Origin: an uncultured delta proteobacterium
GTDB lineage: Bacteria > Desulfobacterota > Binatia > Binatales > Binataceae
Length of the DNA: 64,000 bases
NCBI GenBank assembly: GCA_963814715.1
Contig: CAWFDW010000001.1
Location: 910,184-974,183, forward strand
Direction of reading: 5' to 3'
The notes beneath the pieces were generated by a model. It worked only from the letters and a program-made list of their open reading frames with translations, was not told the DNA's origin and made no database searches. A program made the translations under genes and the position numbers. Position 1 is the first letter of the stretch, and each line of letters starts with the position of its first letter. This document shows positions 39,139 through 49,317 of this stretch, piece by piece.

Positions 39139-40431
39139 TCAATGGCCGACGAATTCCATGTGGCGTGGCTCAAGAAAACTCTGCGGCAGTGTCGCCATGT
39201 TGATGTACCAACCCTCGGGCTCATCGGTCTCCTGCCCGGGCGTGTACGAGATGGTAGAAAAGCCGCTCAGGATGTCTTCGTCGACCATCGCAGTCTGGAA
39301 GATCCGCTTGAACGGATAAATTGCCGCTTTTGAACCCATCGCGGATCGATCTCGATAGGCGGTGAAGATGGCAAGTGTTTTCCACAGCGCGCCGGTCTTG
39401 GCGTATTGATCGGACGCCGTGATGAACCATCCCTCCGAATCTATATAAAGGATGCGCTTTGGAATGCTCAATCCGCTCGTACCGATCTCTTGATGCCACG
39501 CGAGAGGTTTGGCGGTCGCCTCCACTATGTACACCTGGCGCATCTCCCAGTTCTCAGGACAGATAGTCCGATAGTTGTCGAACTCGCACGCCCGCGCGGG
39601 CAGGCTGTCAGCATGCGCCACTGCAAGCATCGGCTTGATACCGAGCAGGCGATAGTTGAAATCTTCCACCTTCGGTGCGAAGCCGAAATACGAATCGGCG
39701 TCGATCGTGTTCGCGTTCGTTGAGTCCGATTGCGTATCAGCGCGGCTGCGTATGACTCGCCTGGCACTGGGGATATACCACCAGATATTGTCTTCGGTCG
39801 CTGGATCCTTGTATCGAAAGCGCATGTACCCGAAGCCGCGAATCGTCGCTGGTTCAAGTACTGGAAACGCGCCGAACCGATAACGGATTCCGGAAATGCT
39901 GCCGTCGGGATCTGTCGGAACCGGCTGCACCTCGGTGCGTCCGATATTGTTGTAGATAGCGACGTGATCCGTGGTGACGTGCAGTACTGGCTGGCCGGGA
40001 ATCTCGTCCTTGTCGCGCCGGCTCACATTTTCGACGTGCCGAATATCAAGGTCATCCGTCGCCACCGGCCGATAGCTGAAATTCCAGACGACCTTGGTGG
40101 CCGCCTGCGGATCGTTTGGATCGAGCAGTGGAAAAGGCAGTCCCGCGACGTAATTCTCAAGTTCTCCCTTGTCGTTGAGCTTCACCTGCGAAGAGTACTT
40201 TTCGGTCGCGGATTTGTAAGGCGGCGGCCATTCCAGACGCTCGGTGGACACGATCTTCATCCGCATCCCCTGCTTCACAAGGACCAGGTTGCCTGGGCTC
40301 ACAAGGTCGGCGACCTGCGACGCAGTGTCGGGAGTGATTAGATCGCCAGGTTTGATGGGCATCGCGTCGGCCACGGCCGAACACGCAAAGAAAACCGCAA
40401 CCATCGACACGACTCCGGCGATGCCCCTCAT
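39139..40431 (-). CDS. DUF1329 family protein (paralogue of 8691-10004)
   Basis: Signal peptide. KPGDLITPDTASQVADLVSPG and GLPFPLLDPNDPQAATKVVWN are colinear with the first copy. Confidence 0.85.
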   Translation of the reverse strand: MRGIAGVVSMVAVFFACSAVADAMPIKPGDLITPDTASQVADLVSPGNLVLVKQGMRMKIVSTERLEWPPPYKSATEKYSSQVKLNDKGELENYVAGLPFPLLDPNDPQAATKVVWNFSYRPVATDDLDIRHVENVSRRDKDEIPGQPVLHVTTDHVAIYNNIGRTEVQPVPTDPDGSISGIRYRFGAFPVLEPATIRGFGYMRFRYKDPATEDNIWWYIPSARRVIRSRADTQSDSTNANTIDADSYFGFAPKVEDFNYRLLGIKPMLAVAHADSLPARACEFDNYRTICPENWEMRQVYIVEATAKPLAWHQEIGTSGLSIPKRILYIDSEGWFITASDQYAKTGALWKTLAIFTAYRDRSAMGSKAAIYPFKRIFQTAMVDEDILSGFSTISYTPGQETDEPEGWYINMATLPQSFLEPRHMEFVGH

Positions 40432-40481
40432 AGGTCCTCCTTACGACCGCACTCAGACCAAACGACTGGCGGTTCGCGTCG

Positions 40482-40937
40482 CTACTTGGCGGGAGCGGAG
40501 TCGCCGCACAGGAATTTGCGGTAAACCGGCAAAGCGGGATCATTGGCGGCGTTGATCGTGCTCTTCGGATCGTTGCGCCAATCTCCGACCTCTACGCACA
40601 TGTACTTGATATTTTTCGCACAATCGTATGCATCGTTCATCAGACCGACCTTACCGATTTCTTCCGGTCGCGACACGTTGGAACTTTCGTTGAAATAGAT
40701 CAAGCCGTCGTCGCCGCGGTGAACAGACGCGGGGTCGAGGTAGGCACGACCGGAGGCTCCTTCAACGTTGAGCGACTTGGTCGCTGGCTCCTCGACCCAA
40801 CCATCGTGGGCCGCCGATTGAGCTTCGATCCGATTCGAGAGCAACAAGACCGCCAAAATCGCGAGCGCCCAACCCCGACTCCATCCGCAAAACCTTCGCT
40901 CCGGTGGTCCTTGCTCTGAGTCATCCGGGATTTTCAT
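40482..40937 (-). CDS. secreted hypothetical protein (possibly surface-adhesin-E-like domain)
   Basis: Hydrophobic signal segment WALAILAVLLLS. The pattern AYLDPASVHRGDDGLIYFNE...YDCAKNIKYMC resembles adhesin-E-like domains (weak, by eye). Upstream of DUF1329 in the same orientation. Confidence 0.5.
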   Translation of the reverse strand: MKIPDDSEQGPPERRFCGWSRGWALAILAVLLLSNRIEAQSAAHDGWVEEPATKSLNVEGASGRAYLDPASVHRGDDGLIYFNESSNVSRPEEIGKVGLMNDAYDCAKNIKYMCVEVGDWRNDPKSTINAANDPALPVYRKFLCGDSAPAK

Positions 40938-41011
40938 TTGGGGTGCCCCGCTTCACGAGTGTCCTAAATGGAGGTTAGTTAGGACAGTGCCTATGGTTTT
41001 TGAGTTCTACG

Positions 41012-41806
41012 CTATCTTCCCTTGAAGACGGGATGTCGTTTCTCAAAGAAGGCTTTGCGGGCTTCCTGAGCGTCCTCGCTAGTGAAGGCGATACGAATAT
41101 TGGACAGCTCGTAACGGAGCTGCTGTTCCATGTCGCTGGTCTCGAGAGATTTCACCATGCCGCGTTTTAGAAGCCGCAAAGTGATAGGCGACCAATGGCA
41201 AAGTTCCTCGCAATAACTGGCCAGTCGATCTGCGAATTGCGCGTCGTCGACGACCTCTCCGGCCATGCCGAGCGCGACCGCCTCCTCGCCCAGCACCGTA
41301 CGGTTCTCCATCATAAAGCGCATCGCCTGCTCATAACCCATGGCTTGCGGCAGCGTTATGGTGAGCCCGGCATCGGGTGAACCGCCAATTCTCGTGTAGC
41401 CGGCCATGAGCTTTGCGCTGCGGCTGATGAGCCGCACGTCGGTCGCCATGGCGAGACCGAGGCCGGCCCCCACGGCCACCCCATTGATGCCTCCGACGAC
41501 AGGCTTGTCGCATCGTTTGCGAATCGCCAGGAGGAAATGTCCAACCCAGGAAATGTCGTCGAGCTGAGCCGACTGCCTCGACAACGGCGACGAGCGTTCG
41601 CCGCCGGACAAATCCAGACCTGCGCAGAAGGCATCGCCGCTGCCAGTAAGGGCGACCACCCACACGTCATCGGTCCGCACCGCATCCTCGACGGCAGCAA
41701 TCACGCCCCACGCGAGGGCATCGCTCAGCGCGTTCTTCTTCTCCGGCCGATTGAGCGTGATGGTCCTGACGTGGCCCACGTCCGCTATTTTCACAATGTC
41801 TGTCAT
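41012..41806 (-). CDS. enoyl-CoA hydratase/isomerase family protein
   Basis: VVALTGSGDAFCAGLDL, PVVGGINGVAVGAGLGLAMATD. Confidence 0.88.
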   Translation of the reverse strand: MTDIVKIADVGHVRTITLNRPEKKNALSDALAWGVIAAVEDAVRTDDVWVVALTGSGDAFCAGLDLSGGERSSPLSRQSAQLDDISWVGHFLLAIRKRCDKPVVGGINGVAVGAGLGLAMATDVRLISRSAKLMAGYTRIGGSPDAGLTITLPQAMGYEQAMRFMMENRTVLGEEAVALGMAGEVVDDAQFADRLASYCEELCHWSPITLRLLKRGMVKSLETSDMEQQLRYELSNIRIAFTSEDAQEARKAFFEKRHPVFKGR

Positions 41807-41930
41807 TTCAGGTTACCTTGGTCAACGCGTTTTCCTATTGCGCTATCATTCTGGCTGATAGGGCAAGCTCACGTCCAACACTGTGAGGAGCGAATCGGCT
41901 GTGGTCTTCGAATTGCTACTTACCCACCGG

Positions 41931-43262
41931 CTAGAAGTAGATCGAATCAACGTAAATGCCACAACTGGCGGCGGAGGGTGGTTCGGCGATCCCGGGCGTC
42001 CAGACGACGTAGGATTCCGAGGCGTCGGCCAGAGAGCTGAGGAGACCGCTTCCGGGAGACGCGTCGGAAGTGAAAATGGTCAGTGTGTCGAGGCCTTGCT
42101 CCTTGAGCTGCGCGCACCATGCCCGCAGCAACGACTCCAAGTCCCGTTCGGCGCCGGTTATGAACCCGTAATCGACGACCAGGCCGCGGCGTGATTCGAC
42201 GCGGCCGGTTTTCGAATCTGTGACGAATCTGATCTTCTCACCGGCGGGCCACACGCCTATGACTGCATGGTCCGTCATCAGGAGTCGGTCCCACGAGTAG
42301 AACTCCGGGGCTCGTTCGACACGAGCTGTGAACGACTCCACCGAGTAGGGAACGTACATCTCCTCGCTGCCGTGGCAGGCGTTAAGGATCTCCACGATTC
42401 TCGGTGCATCAGCTTGTGTCGCGTGCCGTCCGTACGATGGACTTGCAAGCGATGATGCGCATGAGAGCTGAAGCCGCGTCGCGTTGACGCTCCATTTGTT
42501 CGGGGCATTGGCGATTCCAGCCTGCATCGCCTTGTTCTCGACGGAAATATACGCGTTGCTGTGAACCACCTCGGGGTGTTTCTGCCGGAACAGGGAACTG
42601 ACGGCTCCCCATAAACCCTTCTTCTGGTACTGGGGATCGATGCGCAAGTGAAGCGCGGTAAGCGTTCGGTAGACTTTCCCGCCGACACGAATGTCGTGGA
42701 AGCAGCCACAGTTCACGCCGGCAACCTTTCCTCCGACCAGAGCGATTGAGACGATTGCCTCCTCCATCAAGCGTGTGAAGGCAAAGTAGTCCGTCCCGCG
42801 ATCGATCGTCATCGAGGTGTCGCCCATGACTATCGGGCAGCGGCGCTCGAGATCGGAAAGAGCGGCAGCATCGCCTTCGCTGGCCTCGCGGACGGTCACA
42901 TCGACGTCGAGCAGGCGCTGATATTCGAGCATCTTGATCAGATGCGGGGCATGCTCCTCCACATCACAACGGAAGCTGAACCTTCTGGCGTTGTTGACGC
43001 CATCAGCCCTGACGGTGACGGAGAAGTCTCCGTTCTGCTCGATGGCAGTTGGTGTGAAGGGGCCGATTGCCGCCGAAGCGCGGCGCCATCCCTCTATCAA
43101 ATCCTCGCCTTGGCCGGGAAATGGAGTGCGGATCGATGCCGACGCGCTGAAGCGTTCAAAGTCAGCAGCGGATGTGTTCCTGCCCGCGCTGGCGAGGGTT
43201 TCTAGATACCATCGCAATTGACTCCCGGCGGGAGTATCGGGGATCAGGCTCGTCGAGGCCAT
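41931..43262 (-). CDS. GNAT-type acetyltransferase domain protein (two GNAT-like halves)
   Basis: VTVREASEGDAAALSDLERR...LHLRIDPQYQKKGLWGAV resembles GNAT motif A. A second acetyltransferase-like half follows. The N-terminal ~100 aa are unknown. Confidence 0.6.
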   Translation of the reverse strand: MASTSLIPDTPAGSQLRWYLETLASAGRNTSAADFERFSASASIRTPFPGQGEDLIEGWRRASAAIGPFTPTAIEQNGDFSVTVRADGVNNARRFSFRCDVEEHAPHLIKMLEYQRLLDVDVTVREASEGDAAALSDLERRCPIVMGDTSMTIDRGTDYFAFTRLMEEAIVSIALVGGKVAGVNCGCFHDIRVGGKVYRTLTALHLRIDPQYQKKGLWGAVSSLFRQKHPEVVHSNAYISVENKAMQAGIANAPNKWSVNATRLQLSCASSLASPSYGRHATQADAPRIVEILNACHGSEEMYVPYSVESFTARVERAPEFYSWDRLLMTDHAVIGVWPAGEKIRFVTDSKTGRVESRRGLVVDYGFITGAERDLESLLRAWCAQLKEQGLDTLTIFTSDASPGSGLLSSLADASESYVVWTPGIAEPPSAASCGIYVDSIYF

Positions 43263-43584
43263 TCGTTGACACGCAAATTTGAAAAATTATGATTCATTCG
43301 TCACTTATTTCAATCTGTTTCGAGCGAAAATCAAGATTTGCAGTCGCTGAAGGCGATGTCCCTACGGAAGCGGGGCTTTGCCAGAAGGGCACCGACTAGG
43401 CTCTCGACAGAGAGAATCGAATCTCTCCGACACATTTTCGCCTCGGCGTATTCATCTCCGTGCCCTATTGGGCGCCAGGCGATAGCAGTTCCCAAAGTTC
43501 TTCGGACGAGCGAGCCGAATTAGGGAGTTCTAATCTGCCTCGCTCGTGCGCGCAGGCCGCAGAGACGAACTTCTCCTGGACCGG

Positions 43585-46098
43585 TTATCCGCCATTGCCG
43601 CTTAGTTTGACCACGTAGGGGCTGGTCGGGTCCGGGCTATCGCTGATACTGAGGGTTGCATTGCGTGCGTTCTTTGCCACCGGCTCAAACGTAACCGCGT
43701 ACACGCAGCTGTTCTTCGCTGCCAGCATCGCCCCGCAGGTGCTGGACGGACTGATCGCGAAGTCACCCGGATTGGTCCCCCCGATGACCGCGCTCAACCC
43801 CGCGCTGACCGACTGATTGTTGGTAACCGTGACGCTCTGTGGGGCGCTCGTCGTCCCCACCTTGATGGTGCCAAACGACAGGTTGTTCGAAGAGATTTTC
43901 AGCGCATTGGTCCCGATGCCGCTCAGGCTTGCGGTCTGCGGACTCCCGCCGGCGTTGTCAGATACCGATAGGATGCCAGTGCGAGATCCGCCCGCCGTAG
44001 GCAAGAATGTAACCGCGATCGTGCAATTCTTACCTGCGCCCAGACTTGCACCGCAGTTGTTCGTCTGCGAGAAGTCGCCGCTCGTGGTGATGTTCGCAAT
44101 GGTGAGGCTGGCCTTGCCGCTATTGTTCAGGTTGATGTTCTTTGTATTCGTCTTCCCTACTGGCTGAGAATTGAAGTTCAGGCCGCTGGATGAGAGCGAG
44201 GCAACCGGCGTCGGAATCGGCGTCGCGGTAGCAGTTGCCGTAACTGTCTTCGTAGCGGTGGCGGTGGCAGTTCGCGTTGCTGTTGGAGTTGCCGTTCGGG
44301 TGGCTGTGGCGGTCTTCGTCGGAGTCGCGGTCTTTGTAAGGGTGGCCGTCGGAGTCGGCGACGATGTCGGCGTGGGCGTCGGGGCCGTACCCGACACATT
44401 TACGCTCACAGGCTGCGATGCGATCCCGTTTGCGATGACGACCAAGGTACTCAAACCGTCTTCCACATTGCCTGGTACATCGAATTCCGTGGAGACCGTT
44501 TCGCTGCCGGTCGCGACCGCCATCGTGCTGTGGCCGTGCGTGCGGGCGTAGAATACATGCCCGGTCGCATTATTGGTGATAGTCACCAAGGGATAGTTGG
44601 TAGCGGCCTGGTAGTCATCGCCGTACCCAACCGCTCCTGATAGGCCGTTGAACTGCGTGCCGGCGAGTTGGTAATTCGCACCGCCCGGACTGATCTCAGC
44701 TGGTGAAGTGGTTATCGTCGGAGCCCAGGAAGCATTGGGCGTTCCGACGGGAGTATAAACTTGCACATAGTTGTAGAAGTTCGTGTACATCACCTGCCCG
44801 GTCGGGAGCGGTAGCAAGCGCCCTTGGTACGAAGGGACGTAGGGTCCGTAAGTCGGCTCGGAGACCTGGGTCAAGTTGGTTCCGTCGAACTCGAAAAAAT
44901 CGGTCGGCGTGCCCCAACTCTCACTACCACCGCAAGTGGGGCCAGCAGCAACGAGTACATTGCCGTTGGGCAGCAGGGCCGCGGGTGCGTCGGCCGCTTT
45001 CAACTGCTGCGTCGTGGTGGAACACCCCGCATTCGTGATCGTCGGAAAGCTGGGGCCGCTCGTCCAGGTGCCGTCATTGCTATCGTAGATATCGTTGAAC
45101 CCTGTCCCTCCAGAAGCGAAGACGGTGCCGTCTGGACGCAGGACTGCCGGTCCGACTTCGAAATAACCTCCAAGAAGAACAAGAGGGTCCGGCGCAATCC
45201 CCGCGGAGTTCCATGTTTCCGAGAACGGACTATAGGCCAAGGTGGGGGTTTCACTTCCGTCCAGCGAGTTCCACACTTCCAGTGTCAGCACTGTGCCGTC
45301 CGGCAGAAGGGTCCACCCTTCCTCGTCATTGTAACCTCCGCCATCAGCGGATTTGCCGGCCGGGGTGAAAGGGCTATTGAAAGTTGGGGGATTCGCGTCG
45401 GCGTTTAACGTGGCGACTTGATAGCCGACCGCCTGCGCGATCATAAAGGTTCCGTCGGGTAGAACGACGGACTCCGCATCGCCTATCTGGCTCCATCCAC
45501 TAGGCGGCGCTACGCACGTCCAGTGGTTTACGATCGGGTCGTAGATCGCGCCCTGGTTGGTCCAGACTGCGGAGTAATTGTTGTATTCGCCTCCGATCAC
45601 AACTAACCGGCCGTCAGGCAGCACAGCCGACCCGTAGTACAGTGGGGCGTAAGCCGAGCCTCCGCAATTGCCCATTGAAGCCGCTTGGCTCCACGTGCCG
45701 TTGATATAGCTGCCAGTGTTATCGGGTGTGAGCTTCCACCAATCGGCGGCGCCACCATCCTGGGCCAGCACCGTGCCGTCAGTGAGCAGGAATACACTCC
45801 CCGGGCCAAATGGGGGCTGATTCTTGAGTGCTGTCCACGTGCCGCTAGTCACTGGCGCAAAGGCGGACGGGCGCGATGTTTGCGGCAGCGGGGCTGGTTC
45901 CACCTGCTGGGTTAGGCCTGGTGCAATTGTCGAGGGATGCAGCGGTGGCGGAATCGGCCGCGTCAATTGCGCAGTGACGCCACTGTTGGTTTGAACTTTC
46001 GCCGACCCCGCAGCGTAAGACGATGCGCCCAAGGCAACGGCGCAAACAATTGCAGCTCCCACTGCGGCGATTCCGAACAAGCCACGTCTAATTGCCAT
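43585..46098 (-). CDS. secreted kelch / galactose-oxidase-like beta-propeller protein with Ig-like C-terminal domains
   Basis: Signal peptide. Repeated LPDGTV/LPDGRL/RPDGTVF/LPNGNV blade motifs, an E-set-like domain, a Thr/Pro/Ala linker, and two choice-of-anchor-D/HYDIN-like Ig domains (LNFNSQPVG...C...C, LSFGTIKVG...C...C). Confidence 0.8.
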   Translation of the reverse strand: MAIRRGLFGIAAVGAAIVCAVALGASSYAAGSAKVQTNSGVTAQLTRPIPPPLHPSTIAPGLTQQVEPAPLPQTSRPSAFAPVTSGTWTALKNQPPFGPGSVFLLTDGTVLAQDGGAADWWKLTPDNTGSYINGTWSQAASMGNCGGSAYAPLYYGSAVLPDGRLVVIGGEYNNYSAVWTNQGAIYDPIVNHWTCVAPPSGWSQIGDAESVVLPDGTFMIAQAVGYQVATLNADANPPTFNSPFTPAGKSADGGGYNDEEGWTLLPDGTVLTLEVWNSLDGSETPTLAYSPFSETWNSAGIAPDPLVLLGGYFEVGPAVLRPDGTVFASGGTGFNDIYDSNDGTWTSGPSFPTITNAGCSTTTQQLKAADAPAALLPNGNVLVAAGPTCGGSESWGTPTDFFEFDGTNLTQVSEPTYGPYVPSYQGRLLPLPTGQVMYTNFYNYVQVYTPVGTPNASWAPTITTSPAEISPGGANYQLAGTQFNGLSGAVGYGDDYQAATNYPLVTITNNATGHVFYARTHGHSTMAVATGSETVSTEFDVPGNVEDGLSTLVVIANGIASQPVSVNVSGTAPTPTPTSSPTPTATLTKTATPTKTATATRTATPTATRTATATATKTVTATATATPIPTPVASLSSSGLNFNSQPVGKTNTKNINLNNSGKASLTIANITTSGDFSQTNNCGASLGAGKNCTIAVTFLPTAGGSRTGILSVSDNAGGSPQTASLSGIGTNALKISSNNLSFGTIKVGTTSAPQSVTVTNNQSVSAGLSAVIGGTNPGDFAISPSSTCGAMLAAKNSCVYAVTFEPVAKNARNATLSISDSPDPTSPYVVKLSGNGG
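44205..44395 (-). repeat. low-complexity Thr/Ala/Pro/Lys/Arg linker-coding repeat inside the kelch-like gene
   Basis: Encodes PTPTPTSSPTPTATLTKTATPTKTATATRTATPTATRTATATATKTVTATATATPIPTP, with reiterated gcggtggc/gtcggagtc units on the plus strand. Confidence 0.6.
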
Positions 46099-46613
46099 AT
46101 TTTGTTACTAATCGTTATTAAGGCGTGATGCAAGGAGCGCTGTTGTTACAATTGAGGGAATTCATTGTCCTTTGACCGCTTGTTAAGCCTACCCACTGAT
46201 ATTAACCGCTATCGCGATTAAGTTCGCAGACTTCCGGCCTCGGTCCGATAACGCCTCAAATGCTCATCCGCCATCGTTCATCGCTAAATTCAAAAACATC
46301 AAGCAGGGCGCCCTATCGGCGTCTACAAGCGGACCTGAAGCCGGCAGCAGCAGCGGGAGAGCGCACTCGAAGCCTCACTTGCGCTGTGGCGATGGCTTTG
46401 CGCCGCTAGCAGGGCACCGGCTCGATCCCCATAAGAGAGAATTGGTCGTAGATCGGCGGCAGACCCAAAACCTCGCCTTCTCCGGATGCCCTCGCGTCGC
46501 AGAAAAGGCACGACAGGCGCGGATTGCGCACTGTCTCCGGATTGTAGCTAAACAGTATAGACCGGGTGGCGGATGACGCAGTCTGATGCGAACTGCTCTC
46601 CGCGTTCGGGAAC

Positions 46614-48110
46614 TCAAGGACTCGCCGCCTGATTGGCGGCTTGCGGACACCCATCGTTCGCGAATTTCGGGTCAATGAAGGGACTCGGGATATGCATGTC
46701 GATCAAGAGGCTTTGGAAGCAAGGATGGTTGTGAAGTAGCAGCGGCCCGACTTGTTTAATGACGTCTAGATTGTCTTTTGAGATGGACCATAAGGTCGGG
46801 ATCTTCTTCGCCTTCTCCCGCAGCGCGCGTTGCTCCGGATCACTGGCCCGCAACTGATCAAAGTCGATCTGAATGCCATATACATACAATCTCCGAAACA
46901 GGGGGTTTCCGGTCCCTCCAGCCCCGGCGCCATTGAGCTCGGCGAGGAGCGTTTCCATTTGGGCGTTGACGCTCGATGTCGTGGAATCGATAGGAACGGA
47001 TATTACGCTCTCCGTCATTCCTACTATGCCCGGTCGGGAGTCACTCTGGTAAATATCATTGGCAGGGTCAGCGCGAGCATTGATTATGATGACGACGACC
47101 TTTTTGATCTTCCCATTATTGATAGCGTCGAGGATCGTGCTCTTCCCCGAGCTGGCCAGATCCCGATCATCGACGACCCGAGCTGCGTAAGGTGATGAAA
47201 TCGTTTCGAGCAGACCATGAATAGCCAGATTGTCGGCGAGGCCCCCATCAAGGAGATATATATAGTCAATTGTTCGAAAGCTGTTCGCGCCGTGTCGCAA
47301 GTCGTTCGCATATCGCGCCAGTTTGAACTCGTCAAGATTGATATAGGGCGCGTATGTGGCGTTCAGCTTGTGCGCTATCCATGGAGGAGCGGTCAAATTG
47401 CGACAATTCGTGACGGAAAAGTCTTGTAGGGGAACTGGCGATAGTACAACCGGAACGGCCGAGGAGGCTCCCACGCCGGCGGAGATATGCTCCCTGTCCA
47501 GATCTGAACAGATGTCATCGAAACGCGCGGGCGTGAACGCGAACACTTCGCCCGAAGCCATGTCCGTTGCATTTAAGATGAGATACGGCTTGCCCGGCTG
47601 ATTGAGCTCAGCGAAGGTCTTCTCTTTGAATAGCTGCTTATCGAAAATCGCCTCGACCGTGTCTATGCGGGAGGTTCCCTCAATAGATTGCTTCGCCCAA
47701 TTTAGAGGATTTAGCGTCTTTAGGATCAGGGTCAGCATATTGTCCGGCACGAGGAAGTCCGGCGCAAAACTGTCCAGCCCTGTTTGTCCATAAAGAGCAA
47801 AATCCGCCGCGATGACGCTTCCGCCGGACACCGAGGAGACAACACCGACGTCATCGATCAAGCTGCGCGATTGTCCATCCGTCACGTAGTGAAACGTGCT
47901 CAGTTCCCGCAAGACCGCCCACCCGAGCGCGGCAGCACGAGATCCACCGCCCGAGATCGCGACCAGGATCAATGGGCGATCAAGATGGGAATCGTCGATC
48001 GTGCGACGCTCGGCGTTGGTGTGACCGGCTGTAAGCGCAATATTTTCGAAATGGGCAGCGCATCCGGCAAGTCCGCAGAAGAGCAAGATCCAGATGATTC
48101 GTCGGAACAT
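46614..48110 (-). CDS. patatin-like phospholipase, lipoprotein
   Basis: Lipobox LAGC. Oxyanion motif AISGGGSRAAALG, serine motif SVSGGS, and a later DGGLADN (catalytic Asp motif). Confidence 0.85.
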   Translation of the reverse strand: MFRRIIWILLFCGLAGCAAHFENIALTAGHTNAERRTIDDSHLDRPLILVAISGGGSRAAALGWAVLRELSTFHYVTDGQSRSLIDDVGVVSSVSGGSVIAADFALYGQTGLDSFAPDFLVPDNMLTLILKTLNPLNWAKQSIEGTSRIDTVEAIFDKQLFKEKTFAELNQPGKPYLILNATDMASGEVFAFTPARFDDICSDLDREHISAGVGASSAVPVVLSPVPLQDFSVTNCRNLTAPPWIAHKLNATYAPYINLDEFKLARYANDLRHGANSFRTIDYIYLLDGGLADNLAIHGLLETISSPYAARVVDDRDLASSGKSTILDAINNGKIKKVVVIIINARADPANDIYQSDSRPGIVGMTESVISVPIDSTTSSVNAQMETLLAELNGAGAGGTGNPLFRRLYVYGIQIDFDQLRASDPEQRALREKAKKIPTLWSISKDNLDVIKQVGPLLLHNHPCFQSLLIDMHIPSPFIDPKFANDGCPQAANQAASP

Positions 48111-48167
48111 ACTTCACCTCTCTGCGTGGCGCAGCGGAAGCAGGCGAGCTGGTCTGAGCTCGATCCG

Positions 48168-48398
48168 CTAAACGGCGACGGGCGGGGCAGGTGTGAAAAC
48201 AATCACTTTGGGCTTTACGATCGACGTGCCCGACAGAACCACGTTTTGCGTGGTCGGCTGGTAGCCTTCTCCTCCCAGAGTGATCACGTATTCGTCCGCC
48301 GGCAGCATCAACGTATGATTCGTGAAGCCGACGCCTTCCTCGTCCGCCAAAACCGCTCGCTGTTCTGGAAAGATTACAAGTAGGTATTGGATGGCCAT
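48168..48398 (-). CDS. small PEGA-like beta-sandwich protein
   Basis: Start set at MAIQYLLVIF. The pattern FPEQRAVLADEEGVGFTNHTLMLPADEYVITLGGEGYQP follows the PEGA-domain layout. Confidence 0.45.
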   Translation of the reverse strand: MAIQYLLVIFPEQRAVLADEEGVGFTNHTLMLPADEYVITLGGEGYQPTTQNVVLSGTSIVKPKVIVFTPAPPVAV

Positions 48399-48569
48399 CA
48401 GATCCCCCTTGTTCGATCGTGGTGACGCGCTGGTGCGGCGTGACTTTGAAGCGCCTCTTGGGCTGCGAGTTTTCATATTTCGACGCTCGCCTGGCTTTGT
48501 TCCCTTCGCGTGTGTTGCCGATTCCGGGCTCGCCGATAGTCATCACCAGAGGCCGCGGGGGCTCGTTCC

Positions 48570-48775
48570 CATCGGTTCCTCAGCGTGCGTAATCCGTTAC
48601 GCGGCCAACGAATCGAGTCGGTCGGCCAGCCGCTGCGGCCGCTCCTAGCCGACCTCATACTCCCCGCTCGGCCGATCGCCCAGTAAATCTCGTTGGTGGC
48701 CGCGACTGAATCGTCGCCGTCGTCGACGAACAGGTCGCGGCCGTATGGAAACGCAACAATGACATACTCCAAAGG
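48570..48775 (-). pseudogene. degenerate tandem paralogue of the PEGA-like gene
   Basis: LEYVIVAFPYGRDLFVDDGDDSVAATNEIYWAIGRAG aligns with the downstream copy. The continuation (SGEYEVG, then RPTRFVGRVTDYA) is only found by switching frames. Confidence 0.25.
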
Positions 48776-48912
48776 TTCGTTCCTCCCGCCGATACGAGTT
48801 GCGCGGCAAAGTCGCGCGATAGTTCGGCGATCGCTCTGGCTCGCAAGCCGGCTGAAGCAGACCCCATAAGACACGTTATTCTGATACCGTGCGCGCTACA
48901 GATCGATAGCCT

Positions 48913-48962
48913 GTGTGGTGGCGAATTGCTGATCCTGGGAAAATTAGTAATTCGCCACACAC
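48913..48962. repeat. imperfect inverted repeat (hairpin)
   Basis: gtgtggtggcgaatt (48913-48927) and aattcgccacacac (48949-48962) give a stem of about 14 bp with one bulge and a 21-nt loop. Confidence 0.5.
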
Positions 48963-49317
48963 AGCTTGAAGAGTTCGGTTCACCACAGGGCGATGTTTTT
49001 CGGTAGCGACTGAACGATTGGCAGAAAGGTCGTATCACGGGGATCAGCTCCAAACTCGTTCTTCCACGAACTGGGAAAATCGAGATTGGCGACTTCGCTC
49101 GTCATTTCCGTCGATGTCGCTCTGAAACGGAAAACAAAAAACTAAAGGCGCGGGGCCCTTGGTCTCGAGCTCAGGAAGTATGCGCGCTTGAACAGAGAAT
49201 ATTCCACGTTCGGCGCGGAGGCGAGCCACTAACAGCCTATCGCGCCACCGTCCGCGAAAAACGGTTGTACTCTCCTGACGCGGGAGGTCTGAGCATCGCC
49301 CATAGCGTCAATTTACT

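Noticed and set aside
48980-49105. 41-aa minus-strand ORF (MTSEVANLDFPSSWKNEFGADPRDTTFLPIVQSLPKNIALW) followed 18 nt later by the 48913-48962 hairpin
   Set aside because: The ORF-plus-hairpin arrangement is attractive, but the RBS is poor. It may equally be the N-terminal stump of a deleted gene.
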